A stretch of DNA of 61,203 bases. Origin: Desulfovibrio sp. (GTDB lineage Bacteria; Desulfobacterota; Desulfovibrionia; Desulfovibrionales; Desulfovibrionaceae). This document shows, one piece after another, positions 20,103 to 29,826 of this stretch. A program made the translations under genes and the position numbers. Where the stretch lies: the NCBI GenBank assembly GCA_031260965.1, contig JAISKK010000012.1:1-61203 (forward strand), in the 5' to 3' direction. Position 1 is the stretch's first letter. Each line of letters opens with the position of its first letter. The notes beneath the pieces were generated by a model that made no database searches, was not told where the DNA came from, and saw only the letters and a list, made by a program, of their open reading frames with translations.

Positions 20103-20670
20103 GGGCAATATCCGTACCGTAGCGGGTCTGAAGCGCAGCGACAGTCAGGGGTTCTGCCGGTTCAGGGGCGGGGTGGGGGCTTTGCAGTTCTTTTTCCAGA
20201 AGGCAGACATCGTGCCAGGCGTTCAACTTGTAGCCGGACCTGCGCCATACTCCCGCCGGGGTGAAGCCCAGCTTTTCGTGTATATTGAGGCTGGCCGGGT
20301 TGGGCAGGGTGATGACCCCGAAAGCCGTATAAAAGCCCTGTTTTTGCAAAAGATCGAGAAGACAGGCGTAGAGGCTTTTGCCGAGTCCCTGCCCCTGCTG
20401 TTTTTTTGCGACATAGATGGAAAGCTCCACACTGAAACGGTAGGCCCTGCGGACGCGGAAGGAAGATGCGTAGGCGTAGGCGGCGATGTTTCCGTCCACT
20501 TCGCAGACCAGATAGGGGTAGGCGGCGCTGATCCGGGCGATGCGCTGCCGGAACTCGTCGGGCGTGGGGGGGCTTTCCTCAAAACTGACGGCGGTATCGC
20601 GGACATAGGGGGCGTATATTTCGAGGATGCCTGTCGCGTCCGCTTCGGTTGCGAATCTGATTACAGTCAT
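20068..20670 (-). CDS. GNAT N-acetyltransferase, phosphinothricin acetyltransferase-like
   Basis: VSFEESPP, VELSIYV, QGQGLGKSLY, PNPASLNIHEKLGF, GYKLNAWHDV. Confidence 0.9.
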   Translation of the reverse strand: MTVIRFATEADATGILEIYAPYVRDTAVSFEESPPTPDEFRQRIARISAAYPYLVCEVDGNIAAYAYASSFRVRRAYRFSVELSIYVAKKQQGQGLGKSLYACLLDLLQKQGFYTAFGVITLPNPASLNIHEKLGFTPAGVWRRSGYKLNAWHDVCLLEKELQSPHPAPEPAEPLTVAALQTRYGTDIALTAVSCPKSGS

Positions 20671-20944
20671 TTGCTTACGCCTCTTGGATAGTGGCCGCGG
20701 TTATTTCAATGCCGGGCCTTTCTTGTATATTCGACCGGCGCCGGACAGCATTGAGCATTTCGGGACGCTCGGCAAGTATGCGTAAAAGCATCATTAACCT
20801 CAAGCAAAAAATGTGCTGAAGGAGCTTATTTTGCGCACATCAGAGTGCTGAGCCGCAGCCTGTTTGCAGGCCGCCGTATTTTTCGATATCATCTTTATGA
20901 CGCAAGCCGCGCAACATGGCTGTTATATTTTACAAGGAGACACT

Positions 20945-21142
20945 ATGAGCGAAATTGAGGATATGTGGCGTTGTAAAACCGCGAACTGCGGCTATGTTTA
21001 TGATCCTGAACGCGGGGATCGCAAGGGCAGGGTGGCCAAGGGCATAAAATTCGAGGATCTGCCCGAGGACTGGCGCTGCCCGATCTGCGGGGCTAGCAAA
21101 GAACGCTTTGTGTCCCTTGCCGCCCAGCTGACGGCAGGCTGA
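20945..21142 (+). CDS. Rubredoxin-like protein (Cx4C...CxxC type)
   Basis: WRCKTANCGYVYDP..FEDLPEDWRCPICGA; RBS AAGGAG before ATG 20945. Confidence 0.92.
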   Translation: MSEIEDMWRCKTANCGYVYDPERGDRKGRVAKGIKFEDLPEDWRCPICGASKERFVSLAAQLTAG

Positions 21143-21205
21143 TAATCAGGATAAAAACGCGGCTTTTAATCCATGCTGGCGAACCCAAAGCCATAAGATT
21201 CTTTT

Positions 21206-22444
21206 ATGCAACCCGATTCCCTGATGCCTCCACATTTATCCGCAGACACGGAATTCAAGAGTGCGGTCTTCGCTTTGGGCCGCCGCCCTTTTATCATTTA
21301 TCTGGCCTTTTTGAACGCCTTTGTCCCCATCTCCACGGATCTCTATCTGCCGGCCCTGCCGCACATGATGGAAATCTTCCAGTGTCCGCGTGTTCTGGCC
21401 GATCTTACTCTGAGCGGCTTTATGCTCTCCTTCGCCCTGTCCATGCTCTTCTGGGGGGCCTACAGCGACAGGTATGGCCGCCGCCTCATCCTTATGGCCG
21501 GACTTGGGCTTTACGCCGTTGCCTCCGTCATGTGTACAGGCGCAACGGACATTTTCGTCCTTATAGCCGGACGCGTTTTGCAGGCTGTCGGGAGCGGGGC
21601 GATCTGCGCGGTCAGCATGGCTGTCGTCAAAGACGTATTCAAGGGCAAAGAGATGGAAAACGTGCTGATCTGGATGCAGGTCATGACCATGCTCGCGCCC
21701 ATGCTGGCCCCCAGCCTGGGATCCCTGCTGCTGCGTTTGACCTCCTGGCGGGGGCTTTTTGTGATTCTGCTTTTCTGTTCGCTTCTGGCTCTGCTTCTGC
21801 TCTTTTTTCTCAGGGAAACCCTGCGCGATCCGGGCAAAGGCCGGGGGATCGAGAGCTTGAAACGCATCCCCGCGGTACTTTGCGATCCCGGCCTGCGCCG
21901 GCTGCTTATTCTTTTTTCCCTCTCCGTCATGCCCTTTATGGCCTACCTGACTTCCTCGGCCTTCATTTACATCAAATTTTACGGGCTCTCCCATGAACAA
22001 TTCGGTCTCTTTTTCGCCGCCAACGCCGGGGTCGCCATGTTCGGTCCCCTGCTTTACTCGCGTCTTTTCCGGAACCTGCCGCGCCGCTTTTTTCTCTCCC
22101 TGGTTTACGGAGTGATGGCGGCAAGCGGCGTCTGCCTTTTTTTTGTCGGAGACCAGGGGCCGTTTTATTTCATCGTTTTCTATCTGCCCCTGACCCTTTT
22201 CGCCTCCGCCAGCCGTCCCGTCGGGGCTTTGCTCATGATGTCGCAGCTCGACACGGACAATGGGACTGTGGCCGCGCTTATGGGCTGTTGCGGACTGCTC
22301 TGCGGCGGGGTTGCGATGATTATCTGCTCTCTGGGTTTCGCCAATCCGGTCTTGCCGGTGGCCGGAATGGCCATGTTGATCGGCCTTGCCTGCCTTATCC
22401 TCTGGAATGTCCTGGACAGCCGTAAATTGTACCGTATTCCGTAG
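21206..22444 (+). CDS. MFS drug:H+ antiporter, Bcr/CflA family
   Basis: STDLYLPALP, SDRYGRR, GRVLQAVG, about 12 hydrophobic segments. Confidence 0.9.
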   Translation: MQPDSLMPPHLSADTEFKSAVFALGRRPFIIYLAFLNAFVPISTDLYLPALPHMMEIFQCPRVLADLTLSGFMLSFALSMLFWGAYSDRYGRRLILMAGLGLYAVASVMCTGATDIFVLIAGRVLQAVGSGAICAVSMAVVKDVFKGKEMENVLIWMQVMTMLAPMLAPSLGSLLLRLTSWRGLFVILLFCSLLALLLLFFLRETLRDPGKGRGIESLKRIPAVLCDPGLRRLLILFSLSVMPFMAYLTSSAFIYIKFYGLSHEQFGLFFAANAGVAMFGPLLYSRLFRNLPRRFFLSLVYGVMAASGVCLFFVGDQGPFYFIVFYLPLTLFASASRPVGALLMMSQLDTDNGTVAALMGCCGLLCGGVAMIICSLGFANPVLPVAGMAMLIGLACLILWNVLDSRKLYRIP

Positions 22445-22631
22445 CGGAGCAGTTCGTCATTCCCATATTTTTTCAAACGATTCCCTACCTCTACTGTGTT
22501 CTTACCCCCGCTGATGACACTTGGTCCGGAAAAGGGTAAAATATATTTTGTTTGTATATTGCCCCCAGTGTCAGGAAAGATACGGCGAGGTGCCGCGAAA
22601 ATTAAATTTTTAATAAAACTAGGATCTTGTA

Positions 22632-22928
22632 ATGAGCAAATGCTATGTTACGGCTATTATCACTCCCAAGGCGGGCCAGGAAGAAGCCCTGAAAAAGGCC
22701 ACTCTTGATAATATTCCTCTGGTCCGCAAGGAACCGGGTTGCCTGCGTTATGATCTGCACGCTCTGGCGGAGGGCGGGAAATTTTTGTTCTATGAAATCT
22801 GGGCGGACAAAGCGGCTCTGGATGTCCATGCGGCTTCCGCCCATATGGCGCGCTACCACGAAAAAACGGATCACCTGCTGGCCGGTCCCCTGGAAATCAG
22901 GATCTGGTCTGCGCTTGACACGCGGTAG
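22632..22928 (+). CDS. Antibiotic biosynthesis monooxygenase (ABM) family, putative quinol monooxygenase
   Basis: VRKEPGCLRYDLH, FLFYEIW, ALDVHAASAHM. Confidence 0.9.
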   Translation: MSKCYVTAIITPKAGQEEALKKATLDNIPLVRKEPGCLRYDLHALAEGGKFLFYEIWADKAALDVHAASAHMARYHEKTDHLLAGPLEIRIWSALDTR

Positions 22929-22982
22929 CGGTGTAATCTCGGGGTCAAAATTACCTGCGTACCGCTATATATCCCTTATTTT

Positions 22983-24353
22983 TCAGGAGGAGCCTTTTTG
23001 CAATTTCATATGCAGGGTCTTCCGGCTTATGCCGAGCAGTTTCGCCGCCTCACTTTTATTGCCTTTGCTTCTGTCGAGAGCCCTGCGTATGGCGAGACGT
23101 TCAAGCTCTTCAAGGGAAGCGGGCAACTCCGGCGACTCCGCTTCAAGTGCTGCTGCTTCCAGCTCTTTTTCTTCAGCGAATGCCCGGATAGAATCCGGCA
23201 GCTCGCGCTTCGAGATCTGCTCACCCATCATAAGCACCACGGCGCGTTCAATGGTGTTTTCCAATTCGCGCACATTGCCGGGCCAGGAGTAGCGGATCAG
23301 GCTCTCCATACTTTCGGGGGTGAAGCCCTTGACTTCTTTCTTGTTTTTGAGCGCATAAAGAGCGGCGAAGTGTGCTGCCAGCAGGGGAATGTCTTCTTTG
23401 CGTTCGCGCAGGGGCGGAACTTCCAGGGCCACAACATTAAGGCGGTAGTATAAGTCCTCGCGAAAACGTCCCGCAGCGACCTCGCGTTGCAGATCCCGGT
23501 TTGTAGCGGTGAGAATGCGCACATCCACGGATTCGGATTTTTCTCCCCCAACGCGCGTGACTTCCCTTTCCTGTATGACCCGCAAGAGTTTGACCTGCAT
23601 GGAGAGCGGCATTTCACCGATTTCATCCAAAAACAGAGTCCCGCCCTCGGCCTGACGGAAGCAACCTTCGTGGCGTTTGCCTGCCCCGGTAAAAGCGCCT
23701 TTTTCATGCCCGAAAAGTTCAGATTCAAGCAGCGACTCCGAAAGCGCGGCGCAGTTGACAGCCACATATGGGCCTTTACAGCGCGGACTGCTCCTGTGGA
23801 TGGCGCGGGCAACCAGTTCCTTGCCGGAGCCGGACTCGCCGCTGATGAGCACTGTCGCCTGCGCAGGGGCCACCATCCGCAACAGTTCCAGCATGGACCG
23901 CATGGGGGGGCTGTTGCCGACAAGTTCCTGTCTGGCCTCCACACCGGAAAGAGTGCTGGCAAGACGCGAATTTTCCTCTTTGAGGGCGGAATATTCCAGG
24001 ATATTGCGCAGGCAGACGTGTAACTTTTCAAAGTCGAGGGGTTTGGTAAGATAATCATAGGCGCCGCTTTTGATGGCCTCAACCGCCGCGTCCACAGTGG
24101 AAAACGCCGTCATGACAAGTACGGGTATGGTCGGCTCGTATTCCTTGATCTCTTTCATGGCTGACAAACCGTTTTTTTTGGGCATCCGGACGTCCATGAG
24201 CACGAGGGAAAAAGATCTTTCCCTGCATTGCCTGACGGCTTCTTCGCCGTCGCCCGCTTCCGCTACCCCATAGCCCCAGTCTTCAAGGAGAAGCCGCAAC
24301 ATGGCGCGGTGCGAACGGTCGTCATCCGCGAGAAGAATAGTTGTGTCGCCCAT
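22983..24353 (-). CDS. zraR: Sigma54-dependent response regulator, ZraR-like
   Basis: Receiver (LADDD, LMDVRMP), [15 protein letters not shown]-terminal Fis-type HTH; context with kinase and zraP. Confidence 0.88.
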   Translation of the reverse strand: MGDTTILLADDDRSHRAMLRLLLEDWGYGVAEAGDGEEAVRQCRERSFSLVLMDVRMPKKNGLSAMKEIKEYEPTIPVLVMTAFSTVDAAVEAIKSGAYDYLTKPLDFEKLHVCLRNILEYSALKEENSRLASTLSGVEARQELVGNSPPMRSMLELLRMVAPAQATVLISGESGSGKELVARAIHRSSPRCKGPYVAVNCAALSESLLESELFGHEKGAFTGAGKRHEGCFRQAEGGTLFLDEIGEMPLSMQVKLLRVIQEREVTRVGGEKSESVDVRILTATNRDLQREVAAGRFREDLYYRLNVVALEVPPLRERKEDIPLLAAHFAALYALKNKKEVKGFTPESMESLIRYSWPGNVRELENTIERAVVLMMGEQISKRELPDSIRAFAEEKELEAAALEAESPELPASLEELERLAIRRALDRSKGNKSEAAKLLGISRKTLHMKLQKGSS

Positions 24354-24372
24354 AAACAAAGCGCCTCCGGAC

Positions 24373-25770
24373 TCAGCCCTTTGCAAGGGGCAGGATGAGT
24401 GTAAAAGAAGCGCCGCAACCCGGTCGGCTTGCAACGCGCACGCTGCCGCCGTGCTGTTCGACGATCTGTCGGGTAATGGTCAGACCGAGGCCGGAACCCT
24501 GCGCTTTTGTCGTATAATAGGGGGTGAAGATATTGTTGAGCGTTTCCCGGGTCATGCCGGCGCCCGTATCGGTTACGCTGAGGGCAAGAAAACCTGCCGG
24601 ACTGTCTTTATCGCCGATCTCAACCGTGATTGTGCCGCTCTCGGATGTGGCCTGCACCGCGTTCAACAATATGTTCAAAAGCGCCTGCACGAGCCTGTCG
24701 CTGTCGGCAAGCAGACGCAGGGGAGAATCGGCCTGGATAAAGTGGAGAGCGATGTGCTTCGCCTGGGCTTCGGCTTCAACAAGGCGCAAGCTTCGGATGA
24801 CTATTTCGCCGGGATTGGCGGGAGCGAGTTCCAGTTTCCCGGGGCGGGCCACGCTCAACAAATCCGAAACAACGCGGTTCAGACGTTCAATTTCGGCAAT
24901 CATCAACAGAGCCGTAGAAGCACCCTTCGGATCGCCGCGCAGTTTGTCCGCAAGGTAGGTCGCGTATCCTTTCACCGTACTCAAGGGATTGCGGATTTCA
25001 TGCGCCACTCCGGCGGCGAGGATGCCAATCTTGGTCGCCAGGGCTTCGGCATCGTGCAAAAGGCGTTTTGAGCGCCGGTATTTTTGTATGTAGTAGAGGA
25101 GAAACAAGGCGCAGAAACCGGCGAAAACCACGAGAGTCGTTAGTATGACGGTACTTGCGATATAATCGTCAAGCTCGTCCAGAGTTGGCGTCGCGTCCAC
25201 TCCAACGTAAACCGCGAGTTCCGGCATTTCATCTTCGTCCTGCAAAGCTTCCGGGAAGCGCTCGTGCGCGCGTCTCCCCCGCGTATAATAGCGGGCCGGG
25301 GTGAATAATTTTGCAACTTCAAGAACAGGACCGCTTTCCCCTTCAACAAGAGCCGATTGCAACGCGGAGGATGGCAGCGGCGTTTCGGGGGCCTGTTCAT
25401 GCAAAGGATGGCCGACCTGATCCGGCGAACTGTGCGCGATGCTCACGCCTTTGCTGTCCGTGATTGCCACATAGACAATGCCGGGTTGTTTGGCCATTTC
25501 TTCAATGAGTTTTGCAGGCAAAAGGGGGCGATGCGGCATGTGCCGTCCGCCGCCCAGTGAACGCGCTCCGCCTTCGAGCGCCCAGATGAGCACTCCCGCC
25601 CTGTCGCGCATATTGGCAAAAAGTTGCCGGCGCGTCTTTTCCGTATCGCGAAAGCCGAATACAGCCGCAGCGCACAATAGGATAACAGCGCAGGCATAAA
25701 GCAGCCAACGCGGCAACCCTTGTTGCGAATCGTCCCCCGTTCCGGCGGAGATGAGACTGTTGTGTAACAT
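24373..25770 (-). CDS. zraS: Sensor histidine kinase, ZraS-like
   Basis: Two TM segments, LIWALEGGAR periplasmic motif, AHEIRNPL H-box, N, G1, F and G2 boxes. Confidence 0.87.
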   Translation of the reverse strand: MLHNSLISAGTGDDSQQGLPRWLLYACAVILLCAAAVFGFRDTEKTRRQLFANMRDRAGVLIWALEGGARSLGGGRHMPHRPLLPAKLIEEMAKQPGIVYVAITDSKGVSIAHSSPDQVGHPLHEQAPETPLPSSALQSALVEGESGPVLEVAKLFTPARYYTRGRRAHERFPEALQDEDEMPELAVYVGVDATPTLDELDDYIASTVILTTLVVFAGFCALFLLYYIQKYRRSKRLLHDAEALATKIGILAAGVAHEIRNPLSTVKGYATYLADKLRGDPKGASTALLMIAEIERLNRVVSDLLSVARPGKLELAPANPGEIVIRSLRLVEAEAQAKHIALHFIQADSPLRLLADSDRLVQALLNILLNAVQATSESGTITVEIGDKDSPAGFLALSVTDTGAGMTRETLNNIFTPYYTTKAQGSGLGLTITRQIVEQHGGSVRVASRPGCGASFTLILPLAKG

Positions 25771-25811
25771 TTTTACTCGCTTTCTTATAAGGCTGGGTAA
25801 TTTTGTAACAG
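25761..25811. promoter_or_regulatory. Putative ZraR enhancer sites
   Basis: TGTGTAACATTTTTACTCGC (25761-25780) and GGGTAATTTTGTAACA lie about 75-120 nt upstream of the sigma54 promoter and resemble, from recall, the GAGTNAAAA..ACTC-type ZraR site. Confidence 0.4.
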
Positions 25812-25882
25812 ATGCCCTTGAGAAAAACAAGCCCGCAAAGCTGTACTGTCTTTATCATAGTGATTTTATTTACTCTATATGC

Positions 25883-25899
25883 TTGGCACAAGCATTGCT
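25883..25899 (+). promoter_or_regulatory. Sigma54 (-24/-12) promoter of zraP
   Basis: TTGGCACAAGCATTGCT, with GG at 25885 and GC at 25897 (canonical spacing). Confidence 0.88.
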
Positions 25900-25980
25900 A
25901 AGACGAAGACGTAGCGCTTCTTCAAAAGAATTACCGTCTTCGAGAAGCAAGAATCGTACAACCACAGAACAAAGGAAAAC

Positions 25981-26526
25981 ATGATGAAAAAGAGCACTAC
26001 CGTAATGATGGTTATGGGTCTGGTTTTTGTAACCTCTTTCACTTTTGCGGGTTCCGGTCTGGCGCAAGGTCCTGGTGGTCGTGGATGCGGTGGCGGGTCA
26101 CATGGTTTTATGGAGCGCGCGCCCCGGGCGACTCCTGAACAAGCGGCCAGAGCGCAAAAATTGCGTGATTCGTATTTCCAATCCACAAACACCTTGCGGG
26201 GACAGCTTCACGAAAAAAAAGCCGTGCTGCGCGCCCTGATGGCGGCGCTTACGCCTGACAAGGCGAAGATCGAGGCCACATCGCAGGAACTCGGCGCTTT
26301 ACGGGGCAAACTGAATGCCGAGCGCGCCGAGTTTATGGCTCAGTTGCGTAAGGAAGGGATAGCCGGGTTGAATTATTTTGCTCCACGACAGATGAACAGG
26401 CAGGGCGGCAAGCAGGGGCAAAGTCGGCACATGGGAAACGGGCCTCACAACGAATCCTTCCAGCGTGACCATTCCAATCAGCATGACGACCACACTGTTT
26501 CAGCCGTCACGCGTGATGATTCATAA
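25981..26526 (+). CDS. zraP: Periplasmic Spy/CpxP/ZraP-family metal-responsive chaperone
   Basis: Signal peptide, Gly-rich segment, TPEQ..LRGQL..K..L.ALM....PD.AKI...SQEL..LR, His-rich tail; divergent from zraSR. Confidence 0.8.
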   Translation: MMKKSTTVMMVMGLVFVTSFTFAGSGLAQGPGGRGCGGGSHGFMERAPRATPEQAARAQKLRDSYFQSTNTLRGQLHEKKAVLRALMAALTPDKAKIEATSQELGALRGKLNAERAEFMAQLRKEGIAGLNYFAPRQMNRQGGKQGQSRHMGNGPHNESFQRDHSNQHDDHTVSAVTRDDS

Positions 26527-27028
26527 GGCGAAGATGCGCCGGGGGTCTCTCAAGCGTAACATGCTCTGATCCTTGGCGTGTCCTGCCGATAAAGGTAAAA
26601 ATGACAGCCCTCGTTTTTTTTGAAACGGGGGCTGTTTGCCCATTTTCAAGGCGTGACAATTTCATTGCCTTATTCAGCGTTATCGTTATGCTCCATGACC
26701 TGCCAATGCCCGCCTTTTTTCGGGCCTGCACGCCGCAAGCGGCGAAGACGCTTCGCAACATGATCCTCTGTTTGCAGTTACCTGGGGATAATTATAAATC
26801 GGTTAAACCACCGGGTGTGAGAGCTTGTCCGGTAGGGCATCAGGGAGGAACCACGAGGTTCCCCCTGCTTGAATTGCTAAAGATGCCAACGATGTAAATG
26901 GTTCATGCCGCTTGCCAGAATGGGCGCAATATTTTATCATTGCGACAGGGGAAACTTTAAGGTGTAAAATTTCCGGGCAATCCTTCTAAGGGGAGGGTTT
27001 TTGCTATGGGTGAGCAAGGATTTGGGAA

Positions 27029-28705
27029 ATGGCCATGAATAATAATAATATTATCGAAGTACACAGTAATGAAGGCATTTTTTGCGTCAGTCCGGCTGGA
27101 ACAATCCAGCCGGGAACGAATACAGTATTCGGCGAGCCGGGGGATGAAGTCCAGATCATCAGGTTTAATCTTGAAGAATGGAAGTTTTTTCACAGGCAGG
27201 AAGAATTGCCGCCAAGCCTTGATATTCCGGATTTGGGCTACAATTTTGTAAGACTGGATACCGGCCAGCTCGGGTTCAGGAAACCCGATGCCGGCTGGCG
27301 GGAGCTTCATTACAAAGACCGGCACAAAAACCAGGGCAGCGCGTTAATTGTCCCTCCGGATGCGTCCCTGTGGGAGATGGCGAAGTACGGAAATCTGCCT
27401 GAAGGATTTGAACAGTGGGAATTACTGGCGGTGGACATCTGGACGGTGGCGCATATCGCGGCAAGATACGGGCGTCTGCCTGTCGATTTTGATCAGTGGG
27501 AACTGACAGCCGAGAACGGCGATACCGTAGCGCATATCGCGGCAAGATATGAGCATTTGCCTAAAGGATTCAGCCGCTGGGATCTGACCTGCAAAGATGG
27601 CTGGACCGTGGCGCATGAAGCGGTACAATTCGGGTATCTTCCGGCAGTGTTCAAGCAATGGAATCTGGTGGACTATAAGGGCTGGTCCGTGGCTCATGTC
27701 GCTGCGGAATTTGGACATCTGCCGAATAACTTCGAGCAATGGGGAATGAGAAGCAACAATGGCGAGACGGTTGCGCATGTGGCGGCCAAACATGGAAATT
27801 TGCCGGAGGGATTATACAGTTGGGATTTGACTGCCCGGGCAGAATCCGCAGACATCAATTTTGATTTTGCAGCTGACGCCGACGAATGGGAGGAATGGCT
27901 GGACGGACACTGCACCTCGCGGGCGCATTTTGCCGCCCACGTGGGGAAGTTGCCGATTGATTTTGACCGGTGGAATATATGCAACGATATATTTTGGACT
28001 GTGGCGCATGAAGCTGTCAAAAAACAATGGTTGCCGAGCTGGTTTGACCAATGGGAATTGGCGAATAAAAGTGGTTGGACCGTGGCCCACGAAGCGGCCA
28101 AAAATGGTTTTTTGCCGGAAGGATTCAGTGATTGGAGCCTGGCAGATAAAGAAGGTTGGACCGTGGCCCACGAAGCGGCTAAAAATGGGCATTTACCGGA
28201 ATGGTTCACCCAGTGGACACTGGCAGACAAAAGTGGTTGTATTGTTGCCCATTTTGCGGGCAGAAGCGGATGTCTGCCCGCAGATTTCACACAATGGGGG
28301 CTGACGGACGAAGACGGTCAGACCGTAGCGCATTGGGCGGCTGAATTCGACCATCTACCGGCAAATTTTAACCAGTGGGATCTGGCTGACGACATGGCAA
28401 GAACCGTGGCCCATGTGGTGGTCAAACTGAGACAACTCCCGGCGGATTTTACCCAATGGACCATGGCTGACAATAACGGCTGGTCGGTGGCGCATCAGGC
28501 CGCCGCATTTGGGCATCTGCCGGAGGGCTTCGACCAGTGGGGAATAAAAAATAAAGACGGTTGGACAGTGGCCCATGCGGCGGCAAGCGCAAAGCATCTG
28601 CCGGATGGCTTTGATCAGTGGCGCCTGGCGAACAGAAACGGATGGACGGTGGCGGACGAGGCCAACAGGGGTCATCTCCCTGGGACTCAGCAAGGCAAAG
28701 ATTGA
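27029..28705 (+). CDS. Hypothetical protein with about 14 tandem 27-aa ankyrin-like repeats (TVAHxAAxxGxLPxxFxQWxLxxxxGW)
   Basis: Repeat visible in the translation; 81-bp DNA periodicity (GGTTGGACCGTGGCCCACGAAGCGGC at 28073 and 28154). Confidence 0.85.
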   Translation: MAMNNNNIIEVHSNEGIFCVSPAGTIQPGTNTVFGEPGDEVQIIRFNLEEWKFFHRQEELPPSLDIPDLGYNFVRLDTGQLGFRKPDAGWRELHYKDRHKNQGSALIVPPDASLWEMAKYGNLPEGFEQWELLAVDIWTVAHIAARYGRLPVDFDQWELTAENGDTVAHIAARYEHLPKGFSRWDLTCKDGWTVAHEAVQFGYLPAVFKQWNLVDYKGWSVAHVAAEFGHLPNNFEQWGMRSNNGETVAHVAAKHGNLPEGLYSWDLTARAESADINFDFAADADEWEEWLDGHCTSRAHFAAHVGKLPIDFDRWNICNDIFWTVAHEAVKKQWLPSWFDQWELANKSGWTVAHEAAKNGFLPEGFSDWSLADKEGWTVAHEAAKNGHLPEWFTQWTLADKSGCIVAHFAGRSGCLPADFTQWGLTDEDGQTVAHWAAEFDHLPANFNQWDLADDMARTVAHVVVKLRQLPADFTQWTMADNNGWSVAHQAAAFGHLPEGFDQWGIKNKDGWTVAHAAASAKHLPDGFDQWRLANRNGWTVADEANRGHLPGTQQGKD

Positions 28706-28759
28706 TGATTTTTGCCGATATATGATTTTATTGTTTTTTGGCCGGAGAAGGTCAAGATC

Positions 28760-28791
28760 AAAGAAAAGGGGGCATAAAACCCCCTCCTCTT
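28760..28791 (-). terminator. Rho-independent terminator after cysK
   Basis: Minus strand AGGGGG-TTTTATG-CCCCCT followed by TTTCTTT. Confidence 0.65.
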
Positions 28792-28809
28792 AAAGCGGTT
28801 TCAGGTCGA

Positions 28810-29763
28810 TCAACCTATGCCTTCATAGAGTATGGAGGAGAGGTAACGTTCGCCGGCATCGGGGAGAACCACCACAATGGTTTTGCCCGCGAATTCCGGC
28901 AGAAGGGCGAGGCGGGCGGCGACAGCTCCGACCGCGCCGGAGGAGATGCCGGCCAGGATGCCTTCCTCTTTGGCCAGGCGTCTTGCGAACTCGACAGCCT
29001 CGTCATTGTCCGCCGTCTCCACGCGGTCCACCAGGGAGAGGTCCAGAGTGGCGGGAATAAAGCCCGCTCCGATGCCCTGAATTTTGTGCGGGCCGGGCTG
29101 GATGGGCTGACCTGCCAGGTGCTGGCTGATCACCGGGCTGGTCTTCGGCTCCACTGCCACCGCAGTGATGGCCTTGCCTTTGGTTTTTTTGATGTAGCGG
29201 GCTATGCCGCTGATCGTTCCGCCTGTGCCCACGCCGCTGACAATGACGTCAACGCCGCCGTCTGTGTCCGTCCAGATTTCCGGGCCGGTGGTTTTTTCAT
29301 GGATAGCCGGGTTGGCCGGGTTTTTGAACTGTTGCGGGATAAAATAGCGGGCCGGGTCATTGCCGGCTATTTCCTCCGCCTTGCGGATGGCTCCCGGCAT
29401 ACCCTCGGCGCCGGGAGTCAGAATCAGATTCGCCCCGAGCATGGCCAGGACCCGGCGGCGTTCCAGACTCATGGTTTCGGGCATGGTCAGGGTAAGTTCA
29501 TAACCGCGCGCGGCGGCCACAAAGGCCAGGGCTATGCCCGTGTTGCCGCTGGTGGGCTCTATGATCTTCACGCCGGGTTTTAAAAGCCCGCGTTCCTCCG
29601 CATCCCAGATCATGGCCGCGCCGATGCGGCATTTGACGGAATAGGAAGGGTTACGACCTTCGATTTTGGCCAGGACAGTGGCTTTTGACCCGGCCACCCT
29701 GTTCAGTTTGACCAATGGAGTATGGCCGATGGATCGTGAATTGTCAGGATAGATGGTGGACAT
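28810..29763 (-). CDS. cysK: Cysteine synthase A
   Basis: [48 protein letters not shown]. Confidence 0.96.
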   Translation of the reverse strand: MSTIYPDNSRSIGHTPLVKLNRVAGSKATVLAKIEGRNPSYSVKCRIGAAMIWDAEERGLLKPGVKIIEPTSGNTGIALAFVAAARGYELTLTMPETMSLERRRVLAMLGANLILTPGAEGMPGAIRKAEEIAGNDPARYFIPQQFKNPANPAIHEKTTGPEIWTDTDGGVDVIVSGVGTGGTISGIARYIKKTKGKAITAVAVEPKTSPVISQHLAGQPIQPGPHKIQGIGAGFIPATLDLSLVDRVETADNDEAVEFARRLAKEEGILAGISSGAVGAVAARLALLPEFAGKTIVVVLPDAGERYLSSILYEGIG

Positions 29764-29826
29764 TTTTTCTCCTCGCAAAGTCTTTGCTTTGCCTGTTTGA
29801 AACAGTTAACGGTTCAGATGTTGCTG

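Noticed and set aside
26585-26592. GCCGATAA, and GCCGACAA at about 34151-34158 on the minus strand, as sigma28 promoters
   Set aside because: No TAAA -35 element at the correct spacing.
26811-26867. Loose resemblance to the 5' half of a tRNA
   Set aside because: No T-loop (GTTCRA) or cloverleaf; kept only as a generic structured segment.
26601-26897. 98-aa ORF downstream of zraP
   Set aside because: No motifs, and it overlaps hairpins; probably non-coding.
27430-28680. 81-bp periodicity as a CRISPR array or DGR template
   Set aside because: The repeats are degenerate and codon-phased, conserved at protein level; no cas genes or reverse transcriptase in the window.
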